A stretch of 34,051 bases of DNA, taken from assembly GCA_035715345.1 (NCBI GenBank), contig DASTLD010000480.1, forward strand, positions 1 through 34,051. The letters are read 5' to 3'. Source of the stretch: Longimicrobium sp. Its GTDB lineage: Bacteria; Gemmatimonadota; Gemmatimonadetes; Longimicrobiales; Longimicrobiaceae. Below, one piece after another: positions 1 through 7,623 of the stretch (position 1 is its first letter; the number at the start of each line of letters is the position of its first letter). The notes beneath the pieces were generated by a model that was not told where the DNA came from, made no database searches, and saw only the letters and a list, made by a program, of their open reading frames with translations. A program made the position numbers and the translations under genes.

Positions 1-2
1 CG

Positions 3-1934
3 ACGGCGGTGACCCACCCCGGCGGCGCACAGGACCGCTACTTCTACCACGACACGACGGGCGCGCTGCGGCGCGTGCTGGACCGCGGGGGGCTGGAGTT
101 CACCTTCGCTCACGACCGCCTGGGACGGCCGATCAGCACGCGCATGCCCGGCCAGGTGGTGGACACCGTCCGCTACGATCTGGACGGCCGCGAGGAGTGG
201 CGAAGCGAGAGCGGTCCGCAGGCGGGGCTGCTGAACGGCTACACCAAGAGGTACGACGCCCGGGGCAAGCTGCGCTTCGTGGACAACGGCGGCAGCGGCT
301 ACTCGCAGTGGTACTCCGGCCTGGGCAACCTGGTGGCCACCGACTGGGACAACGTGCTCGACCAGGACCGCGTCTCCGAGCAGTACGTCATGGACGCGCT
401 CGGCAACATGCGGTTCAGGAAAACGTCGTACGTCGGCGCCGAGGCCATCGGCGTGGAGTTCCCGGAGTGGGACTTTGCGTACGCGCCGGAGGTCGGGCGC
501 CTGCTCTGGTCGGCCAAGCGCACCCCGTTCTGGCAGGACACGGCCGCCTACGGGCCCACGCAGGACGACGTGCAGCGCGAGTACGATGTGGGCGGCAACG
601 TGCGCGCGGGGATGGAGGAGGACTGGGCGAGCAGCACCGGCCAGTTCGGGAAGGTGGGCGTACAGAGCCGCCGGGAGACGCGTTCCTTCTACGGCGCGGA
701 CGAGAAGCTGCGCGTGTTCCAGGAGATCGAGGTCCGGAACATCGGCGCCGGATACGACAACCGCGGTGTGTGGGAGGAGTACCGCTACGACGCGCTCGGG
801 CGGCGGGTGCTGGTGCGCACCAACCGCGCGGACCTGTGCGCCAGCCAGCAGGACGACTGCACCAGCAGCATCACGCGCTTCGGCTGGTCCGGCGACGAGA
901 TCATCCGCGAGCTGCGGGGGCCGGGCGGCGACGACGTCCCGCTGGAGACGGCGACCGGGACGGCGCAGGAGTACGGCGCCGTTTCGTACACGCACGCCGG
1001 CGGCATCGACCGGCCGCTCTCGATCCACAAGGACGGGCTGACCTCGATCATCCCCCACCAGAACTGGCGCGGGCTGTTCAGCAACGGAACGAAGCCGGAC
1101 GGCACGCTCGCCTGTCCGCCCGGGGGCCCGTGCATCGCCATCGCCTGGCCTGGGTGGCAGACCACCGCGTGGCACGCCAAGCCGAAGTCGGGCGCGCCGC
1201 AGAGCCGCCTGTGGATGGGCTCGCTCGTCGACGAGAAGCGCGACGAGAGCGGCCAGCTCTACATGCGCAACCGCTACTACGACCCCGCGACCGGCCAGTT
1301 CACGCAGGCCGACCCCATCGGGATCGCGGGCGGGCTGAACAGCTATGGGTTTGCCGATGGCGATCCGGTTTCGTACGGAGATCCATACGGGCTGCAGCCC
1401 GGCGCGTGCCCTCCATGCGAGCGCAATCCATTCGGTGCGGCGCTCAGCCCTGCACAGGCATCCCAAATCGCTGCGCACGTGGGTCAACGTCTTCGACCAG
1501 TTGCACCCGCGCTGCGCGCCGCATTTGATATGTTGCTTTTCGTCAGCCCTGATCCTTCCGGAGAGTTAGCATTCGGAATGATGATTCTTTCGCGGGCGGG
1601 CCGTCACGGCGACGATGCTGCGGAGCTGGCGGTCGATGTCGTTCGCGGGAAATCACTTCCTGGTTCGGTATCGAAAGGGTTCAAAACTGATGCACACCAC
1701 GCCTTCAGCCGTATCATCGACAACTATGCCGATGACGCGTCGGTGTTTACAATTCCTACGCGTGGCCCCGGAGGCCAGGTCGTTGGACACGCGGAACTGC
1801 GACAGCTCAAGGGCTCGCTCAACGGGGAGGACGGCGTGTTCGAATGGATTGTCGACCGCGGGGAAGTCACACACCGGCGGTTCATCCGGGGTGGCGACAT
1901 TACAGGAGCCCCGAACCAAGTGGTGAAGAAGTGA
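3..1934 (+). CDS. Rhs/YD-repeat polymorphic toxin, 5'-truncated by the window edge; C-terminal toxin domain ~1395-1934
   Basis: YD-repeat motifs (YDLDGR, YDARGK, YRYDALGRRV). Canonical Rhs core YMRNRYYDPATGQFTQADPIG..GGLNSYGF..GDP....DPYGL, with DPxG at 1380-1394. Codon usage/GC drops after the core. The frame is open to the window start. Confidence 0.93.
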   Translation, partial: TAVTHPGGAQDRYFYHDTTGALRRVLDRGGLEFTFAHDRLGRPISTRMPGQVVDTVRYDLDGREEWRSESGPQAGLLNGYTKRYDARGKLRFVDNGGSGYSQWYSGLGNLVATDWDNVLDQDRVSEQYVMDALGNMRFRKTSYVGAEAIGVEFPEWDFAYAPEVGRLLWSAKRTPFWQDTAAYGPTQDDVQREYDVGGNVRAGMEEDWASSTGQFGKVGVQSRRETRSFYGADEKLRVFQEIEVRNIGAGYDNRGVWEEYRYDALGRRVLVRTNRADLCASQQDDCTSSITRFGWSGDEIIRELRGPGGDDVPLETATGTAQEYGAVSYTHAGGIDRPLSIHKDGLTSIIPHQNWRGLFSNGTKPDGTLACPPGGPCIAIAWPGWQTTAWHAKPKSGAPQSRLWMGSLVDEKRDESGQLYMRNRYYDPATGQFTQADPIGIAGGLNSYGFADGDPVSYGDPYGLQPGACPPCERNPFGAALSPAQASQIAAHVGQRLRPVAPALRAAFDMLLFVSPDPSGELAFGMMILSRAGRHGDDAAELAVDVVRGKSLPGSVSKGFKTDAHHAFSRIIDNYADDASVFTIPTRGPGGQVVGHAELRQLKGSLNGEDGVFEWIVDRGEVTHRRFIRGGDITGAPNQVVKK

Positions 1935-2449
1935 CCAGACGTAACCCGGACCGCGCGGCAGCCCGATACGAGGTGGCCCATGTGAAAGGGTTCCTGACAT
2001 GGAGCTTCGTACGACTTGGTTTTGAACGCGGGTACATCGCCGAAGACCAGGTCGTTCAGCATGCAGTCGAGGTGGTCAGTCGCCTCCCCGATCCATCTGC
2101 GCTGGAGTTGGAGCTCGCGGGAGCGGATGGGCTCGCTTCATCCGAAATCCGAGAGCTGCTCCGGAGACTCTCGCCGGGCGAACCTTCGATGGACGAGATC
2201 GATCGATGGCGCCTGTGCATCCTGGTCGAACTGCGAGGGCGCGTCACCGATCCCGAGCTGCTGCTACGCGAGATCAACGACGTGTATCGCCTGTTCGACT
2301 ACCCTCCCGACATGAGCACGGCGGTATCCTACATGCCTGTCGAGGGCGGGCGACACGCCGAGGTCGGCACCGCACTCCTATCCCCCATCAAAGCCCTGGA
2401 CGACGTCATTGACGCTCTCGATGCGCGACTCGCGCCGGGTAAGAGGTGA
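1931..2449 (+). CDS. Putative cognate immunity protein, DUF2247-like (172 aa)
   Basis: GTG start overlaps the Rhs stop (GTGA, 1931-1934), in frame with ORF 1844..2449. Shares the lower-GC composition of the toxin tip. Motif W..C.L..L....D...LL.EI..VY..FDYP.DM...VSYMP resembles DUF2247 proteins. Confidence 0.72.
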   Translation: MTRRNPDRAAARYEVAHVKGFLTWSFVRLGFERGYIAEDQVVQHAVEVVSRLPDPSALELELAGADGLASSEIRELLRRLSPGEPSMDEIDRWRLCILVELRGRVTDPELLLREINDVYRLFDYPPDMSTAVSYMPVEGGRHAEVGTALLSPIKALDDVIDALDARLAPGKR

Positions 2450-2517
2450 CCACGGCACTTGGTAGGTGAGATGCGGCGTTGCCGCAGCGCCTACGCTATC
2501 GGCAGCGAACCCACAAG

Positions 2518-2553
2518 GCAGCCCCCGGCACGCGCCGGGGGCTGCTGTCGTTT
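2518..2553 (+). terminator. Intrinsic terminator-like hairpin after the Rhs-immunity pair
   Basis: 12-bp perfect stem GCAGCCCCCGGC / GCCGGGGGCTGC with a 4-nt loop, followed by TGTCGTTT. Confidence 0.6.
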
Positions 2554-2815
2554 GCGGCGGCGGAACCACGCCCGGGTGGGCCGAATGACTCAGGGAATCC
2601 CTGGACCGTAAACGCCGCCAATAGTCCACCTGCCCGATACCCTGCTTCCACATTCCGGAGCACCTTGGGTGACGCACTCCGCGGGGCGGCCGCCGACCCA
2701 CCCGGTCCGCAGTCCCCCCTCGCCCGGCACGGCGCCCATCCCGCCGGCCCCGCGTCCACCCGCGCCGCGGCCCCCCCGGCCCGCGCTTTCCGGAACTCCA
2801 GAAAGGAACAGGATC

Positions 2816-4237
2816 ATGCCCGAGGTCATCCTGCCAGGCACCTATATCACCGTGCGTGACGAGGGGCTGATCACGGCCGGGCGCATCGCGAGCGGCTACA
2901 TCGGCATCGTGGGCACGGCGTCGCGCGGGCCGGTGGACCAGGTCGTGACGCTGGGCAGCTTCACGGAGGCCCGCAACGTCTTTGGCGACGCGGACCCCTG
3001 GCGCGGCGGCGCGGACGGCGAGCTGACGCTGATCCGCGCGCTGGAGCAGGTGTTCAACAACGGCGGCTCCACCGTCTACGCGGTGCGCGCCGCCGGCGCC
3101 GACGCCAAGGGCAACTCGCTGTCCAAGCGCGCCACCTACGCGGTCAAGGCGGGCGGCGCCTCGCCGCTGACCCTCAGCGCCGCCACGCCGGGCACCTGGG
3201 CCAACGACATCTCCGTCGTGGTCACCAAGGGGGCCACGGACAAGGACCCCAGCACGCTGGAGCTGGTGCTGGGCACCGCGCACGAGGTGTTCACCGGCGC
3301 CACGGCGGGCGACCTGGGCGCGGCGGTCAACAAGAGCTCGCGCCTGGCCACGGCGGCGGTCAACGCGGCGGCGGCCGGCGCGGTGCCGGACGCGGTGGAC
3401 GAGGACGCCAAGGCGGTGTTCAAGGGCGGCGCCAGCGGCGAGGCGGCCGGCGGCGCGGACTACGCGCGCGGCCTGGCGCTGCTGGAGAACGAGATCGTCA
3501 ACATCGTCATCCTGGCCGGGCAGGACACGGGGATGGCCGACGTGCTGGAGGCGCACCTCAAGCGCACGGAGCAGATCCGCCGCGAGCGCATCGGCGTCAT
3601 CGGCAGCAACGGCAAGGACGACGTGGACGCCATCGCCGGGCACGCCATGGACAACGGCCGCCTGATCTTCGTGGCGCCCGGCATCCGCGTGAAGACGCCG
3701 GACCCGGCCACCCGCAAGGACGTGGAGATCAGCCTGCCCGGCGGCTACACGGCCGCGGCGGTCGCCGGCCTGATCGCCTCCCTCCCGGTCCAGACCAGCC
3801 CCACCAACAAGACGCTGGCCGTGAGCGGCGTCAGCACGCAGCTCAACACCCCGCGGCTGGAGAAGCTGGTGCAGAGCCGCGTGCTGGCGGTGGAGAAGCG
3901 CGAGGGCTACCGCGTGGTCAAGGGCATCACCACCGCCACCAACCCGGCGTGGCACCAGGTCACCACGCGGCGGATCGTGGACTACGCCATCTACGGCGTG
4001 CGCTCCGCCTGCAATCCCTACATCGGCAAGCTGAACAACTCGCGCGTGCGGTCCGCCATGAAGGCGACGATCGACGGCTTCCTGACGCGCATGGTGCAGG
4101 ACGAGGCGCTGGTGGGCTACCAGCTCGAGGTCGGCGCCACGCGCGCGCAGGAGATCGCGGGCGAGGCCATCGTGACCATGACCATCCAGCCCACGTTCAG
4201 CATCGACTTCATCATGGTCACCATGTACCTGGGCTGA
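2816..4237 (+). CDS. Contractile tail sheath protein (473 aa)
   Basis: ATG at 2816 preceded by GAAAGGA. N-terminal PGTYI..GIVGTASRGPV..VVTLGSFTEARNVFG. C-terminal sheath motifs (TAAAVAGLIA, SPTNK, VKGITT..WHQVTTRRIVD, YIGKLN, TIQPTFSIDFI). Confidence 0.95.
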   Translation: MPEVILPGTYITVRDEGLITAGRIASGYIGIVGTASRGPVDQVVTLGSFTEARNVFGDADPWRGGADGELTLIRALEQVFNNGGSTVYAVRAAGADAKGNSLSKRATYAVKAGGASPLTLSAATPGTWANDISVVVTKGATDKDPSTLELVLGTAHEVFTGATAGDLGAAVNKSSRLATAAVNAAAAGAVPDAVDEDAKAVFKGGASGEAAGGADYARGLALLENEIVNIVILAGQDTGMADVLEAHLKRTEQIRRERIGVIGSNGKDDVDAIAGHAMDNGRLIFVAPGIRVKTPDPATRKDVEISLPGGYTAAAVAGLIASLPVQTSPTNKTLAVSGVSTQLNTPRLEKLVQSRVLAVEKREGYRVVKGITTATNPAWHQVTTRRIVDYAIYGVRSACNPYIGKLNNSRVRSAMKATIDGFLTRMVQDEALVGYQLEVGATRAQEIAGEAIVTMTIQPTFSIDFIMVTMYLG

Positions 4238-4286
4238 GCCCCGGGACGCCATCCACGACGACGAACCCGAACCGGAGCGCCCGGAG

Positions 4287-4796
4287 ATGCCCAACAACAA
4301 CGTGTTTCGCGGGTCCGACGCCACGCTGGTGCTGGCGGTGGACGACAAGGAGAGCGAGGAGGGAAAGATCGCCGACACCCTGCTGGGCGAGTACGAGCTG
4401 TCCAGCGTGGTGGGCCGGCTGCAGCAGGTCAAGGTGATGGTCAACAACGAGCTGCGCCCCTACCACGAGCTGGGGCGGCGCTTCGCGACGGAGCTGCGGC
4501 CGGGGAACGTGGACGTGAGCGGCTTCGCGGAGCGGGCGCACGTCAACGGCGCGCTGCTGCGGCTGCTGCTGGGCGACGGCGCCACCAGCCCGCCGCCGCA
4601 GGGCGCGCTGGTGCAGCCCTCGTTCAACATGGTCATCAACCTGGGCAACCCCGCGCTGCCCGGCACCGGGACCAAGCTGGTCCTGTTCGGGGTGAAGTTC
4701 GACACCTGGAGCTTTTCCCTGCCCGAGGACGACTTCGTGATGGAGGCGGTGACCTTCAGGGCCCTGCGCGTGGCGAGCGAGGAGGTCGCCGCGTGA
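4287..4796 (+). CDS. Probable tail tube protein (169 aa)
   Basis: Lies directly after the sheath with typical tube size. Beta-rich pattern (VGRLQQVKV...YHELG...ELRPG.VDVSG; LFGVKFDTWSFSL...DFVMEAVTFRAL) matches myophage tube proteins. Confidence 0.8.
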   Translation: MPNNNVFRGSDATLVLAVDDKESEEGKIADTLLGEYELSSVVGRLQQVKVMVNNELRPYHELGRRFATELRPGNVDVSGFAERAHVNGALLRLLLGDGATSPPPQGALVQPSFNMVINLGNPALPGTGTKLVLFGVKFDTWSFSLPEDDFVMEAVTFRALRVASEEVAA

Positions 4797-4834
4797 CCAT
4801 CGGCGCGCGGCGCGCGGCGCGGGGGGGCTGACCG

Positions 4835-5188
4835 ATGCCCACGGAGGTGCGGGCCCTGGCGCCCGACGACCTGCTGGCCGGCGCCGCCGCCGCCTTCGAG
4901 GTAGAGGTGCCGGCCGAGGTGCTGGCCCCGGGCGGCCGTGGCCTGCCCGGCGACGGCGGATCGGTGCAGCTCCGGCCGCTCACCATCGGCGCCTTCCAGC
5001 TCATCCTCAGGGCGGCGCGCGGCGACGCGGGGCTCATCCCGCTGCTGATGATCAAGGAATCCCTGGCGGAGCCGCGGCTGTCGCTGGAGCAGGTGCGGCA
5101 GCTCCACCTGGGGATGGTGAACTTCCTGATCGCGCACATCCGCGAGATCAGCGGGCTCACGGTAAAAAAAAAGCCGCCGCTGAGCTGA
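4835..5188 (+). CDS. Tail assembly chaperone, short form (lambda gpG / P2 gpE analogue, 117 aa)
   Basis: Follows the tube gene. VQLRPLTIG motif typical of tail assembly chaperones. Ends ...TVKKK over a 9-A run containing A AAA AAG. Confidence 0.8.
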   Translation: MPTEVRALAPDDLLAGAAAAFEVEVPAEVLAPGGRGLPGDGGSVQLRPLTIGAFQLILRAARGDAGLIPLLMIKESLAEPRLSLEQVRQLHLGMVNFLIAHIREISGLTVKKKPPLS

Positions 5189-5334
5189 CCGCCTCGCCGC
5201 TGGTGCGCGGCGCCTACGTCCTGGCGCGCGCCTTCGGCTGGACCCCCGCACAGATGCAGGAGATGACCATGGCGCAGGTGGGAATGTACCTGCAGCTCCT
5301 GGAGCAGGAAGCGGCGGCGGAGCATGGGCGCTGA
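4835..5334 (+). CDS. Tail assembly chaperone, -1 frameshifted long form (gpGT / gpE+E' analogue, ~166 aa)
   Basis: In-phase slippery heptamer A AAA AAG at 5167-5173. The -1 frame from 5173 reads AAAELTASPLVRGAYVLARAFGWTPAQMQEMTMAQVGMYLQLLEQEAAAEHGR* with normal high-GC codon usage. Its stop (5332-5334) overlaps the next ATG (5324). Confidence 0.82.
5167..5173 (+). promoter_or_regulatory. Programmed -1 ribosomal frameshift slippery site (A AAA AAG)
   Basis: A 9-A run is extreme for this GC-rich sequence. X XXY YYZ phasing is correct, and it is the same heptamer used by E. coli dnaX and many IS elements. Confidence 0.82.
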
Positions 5335-7009
5335 CGAGCTGCGCGCGCTGGGCGCGGAGGTGCGCGGCGACCTGGATGCCTGGGCGGGCGACGCGCTCGC
5401 CGGCTGGCTGGCGCCCGAGGTGTTCGACCACGCGGACGAGCTGGCGGAGCTCGCGGCGCTGGAGGCCGCGCTGGAGCCGCTGGCCGAGGCGGAGGACGAG
5501 GTGGCGGAGCTGGAGGCGTGGCTGACCTCCGGCTTCTACCCCGACGTCGCCGCACCCGCATTGACCACTTTGACCACTATTGATCCAGTGAGCCCGCGCA
5601 CCGACTCGCCTTCCCCTGCTCCGCGCCGCCAGCCGCGGCGCGCCGACGGGCCGCGCGCGGGGCGGTGGGACGGGATGCCGCCGGAGCGCTTCAGCCCCGC
5701 GCCGCGCGAGTACGGCGACGGGCGCGCGGTGGAGCGGGAGCGTGGGGATGCGCCATTGCCCTCGCGCGGAGGGCGGCGGGGGATCGGGAGCCTGGCGGAC
5801 CTGGCGGGGGCGATCGGGAACGGCGGCGCGGCGTGGCCGGCGGCCGACGCGGAGCCGGGGTCGTTCGCGCGCTGGGACGACCACTTCGGCCCCGACGACC
5901 CGGACGGGCAGGAGCAGCCGGACGTGCCGCGCGCGCCGGAGCCGACCCGCGCGCCGGGGCACGTGCTGCCCGACCCCGACGACGAGGAGCCGCCGCGCGA
6001 GAAGGAGCCGGCAGGCCTCGACTTCCCCGCGCGTGCCAGGGCTGATGCTGCCTGGGAGGCGCCACGCCCGACGCGCGGCGCCGTCCGCGGCCTCGGCGAC
6101 CTGGCGGCGCTGGCGGGGTCGGGCGGGCTCGATCTCGCGGCACCCGGTGCCGATGCGCGGGCGGAGCGCGATTGGACTCACGCAGAGACGCAGAGGACGC
6201 AGAGAGAGGGCGCGGAGGATCCGCGCGGCGGGCCGGCGGAGGCGCGGGAGCGGGGCGGGTGGGCGGCGGATCGCGGGGAGTCCGCGGCGGCGCGCGAGTG
6301 GGAGGCGCGGCGGGAATCCGCCGGGCGGGAAGTGGACTGGGCGCCGGCAGCGCTGACGCGGCGGGAGCGCGGGGCTGCGGGCATCGCCCCGGACGGCGAG
6401 GCGGGGCGGCGCGGGTGGGCGGTGGAGGGAGAGCGGCCGGGCGTGCCCGTGGGGTGGATTTACCCCCCGCAGCCGGCGGGAAATGGATCGGCGTTCCCGT
6501 TCACCGATCCGCCCGCATCCTCCAGCCGCGCGGAAGCCGCGGTTCCCCGCCCCGAGGATCGCCCGCACGGGGAGTACGGGGCGCCGCTGCTGGAGACCGT
6601 GCCCGCGCGGACGCACGCGGAGCTGCGGGGACTGCGCGGACGGATGCGCGACACGGCCGCGCCCGCCATCGCCCCCGCTGACCCCCAGGACGCCGGCCCG
6701 TTCGCGGAGCCCGTCGCCGCGCCGCGAGGCCAGAGCGCGGCGGCCATCCTCGCGGCGGTGGGCCAGGTGCGCGCTCGGGACGCCGCGGCGGCACCGGCCG
6801 CATCCCCCGCCCGCGACAGCACGGGTCCCGCGGCATCGGCGGCGACGGCGGGAGAGGCCGCGGCGCGCCGGGGGCCGCCGCTGCTGGAGATCGAGGTGGA
6901 GGCGCGGAGCGAATCGCCCGCCGCAGTGCCCGGCATCGACGTGGACGAGCTGATGGACGCGCTGTCGCGCGAGATCGGCCGCGAGTACCGCCGCTACTAC
7001 GGGAGCTGA
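5324..7009 (+). CDS. Largely disordered Pro/Ala/Arg/Glu-rich protein in the tape-measure gene slot (561 aa)
   Basis: Start overlaps the frameshifted chaperone and the stop lies 3 bp before the next gene. Helical acidic N-terminus, low-complexity middle, amphipathic C-terminal helix DVDELMDALSREIGREYRRYYGS. Function inferred from position only. Confidence 0.6.
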   Translation: MGADELRALGAEVRGDLDAWAGDALAGWLAPEVFDHADELAELAALEAALEPLAEAEDEVAELEAWLTSGFYPDVAAPALTTLTTIDPVSPRTDSPSPAPRRQPRRADGPRAGRWDGMPPERFSPAPREYGDGRAVERERGDAPLPSRGGRRGIGSLADLAGAIGNGGAAWPAADAEPGSFARWDDHFGPDDPDGQEQPDVPRAPEPTRAPGHVLPDPDDEEPPREKEPAGLDFPARARADAAWEAPRPTRGAVRGLGDLAALAGSGGLDLAAPGADARAERDWTHAETQRTQREGAEDPRGGPAEARERGGWAADRGESAAAREWEARRESAGREVDWAPAALTRRERGAAGIAPDGEAGRRGWAVEGERPGVPVGWIYPPQPAGNGSAFPFTDPPASSSRAEAAVPRPEDRPHGEYGAPLLETVPARTHAELRGLRGRMRDTAAPAIAPADPQDAGPFAEPVAAPRGQSAAAILAAVGQVRARDAAAAPAASPARDSTGPAASAATAGEAAARRGPPLLEIEVEARSESPAAVPGIDVDELMDALSREIGREYRRYYGS

Positions 7010-7012
7010 GGC

Positions 7013-7594
7013 ATGCCCATCCAGATCGGCGACGTGGAGCTGGCGCGGGTGCACCGCATCACCACCCTCGAGGAAGCGGCGTTCGTGCACCACAGCGTGC
7101 CCGGCGCCGAGGGCAACGTGCTCCAGAACCTGGGCCGCCGCTCCGTCCGGCTGCGCGTGGAGGGCATCTTCTACGGCGCCACCGCCGCGGCGGACCTGGC
7201 CAAGCTGCGCGCCGTCTACACCGCCCGCGAGCCGGTGGACTTCATCGCCGACGTGGTGGGCGACACCTACGTCAGCAAGGTGGCGGTGGACCGGCTGGAG
7301 GTGGCGGAGGTGGCCGGCGAGCCGGACCAGTTCTCCTTCGCGGTCATCCTGGCCGAGTTCGTGGAGCCCCCCGCCAGCGGCGCCGCCGCGGTGGAGGCGG
7401 TCAACGCCGCCGTGGCCGTGGACGCCGCCGCGCTGATGGAGCTGGCCACGCTGCCCGACGCGCTGGCCCTGGGCTCCCTGCCGGAGATCAGCAACCCGTT
7501 CGCGCCACTCAAGGACGCGCTCAACCCGCTGGCCGACGCCAGCGCCGGCGTCCAGCAGTCCATGGCCGGCCTCAAGATCCTGCTCGAAGTCTGA
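7013..7594 (+). CDS. Tube initiator / distal tail protein, Mu gpN (DNA circularisation N-terminal) or P2 gpU-like (193 aa)
   Basis: Motif HHSVPG.EGNVLQNLGRR.VRLRVEGIF.G...DL..LR........P..F, then ...FSFAVILAEF, characteristic of this tube-fold family. Confidence 0.75.
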   Translation: MPIQIGDVELARVHRITTLEEAAFVHHSVPGAEGNVLQNLGRRSVRLRVEGIFYGATAAADLAKLRAVYTAREPVDFIADVVGDTYVSKVAVDRLEVAEVAGEPDQFSFAVILAEFVEPPASGAAAVEAVNAAVAVDAAALMELATLPDALALGSLPEISNPFAPLKDALNPLADASAGVQQSMAGLKILLEV

Positions 7595-7623
7595 CCACCT
7601 GAACCGATAGAGGCGCCCCCGCC

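Noticed and set aside
2669-2815. Upstream extensions of ORF-track starts (2669, 9711, 11339, 13648, 22488, 28508, 29158, 31314)
   Set aside because: The extensions are low-complexity or overlap other genes. Downstream ATGs with an RBS or stop-start coupling match the family N-termini.
5164-5172. Pseudogene or phase-variable poly-A tract
   Set aside because: Phase, gene position and the conserved-looking -1 product fit programmed frameshifting better, though a homopolymer sequencing error cannot be fully excluded.
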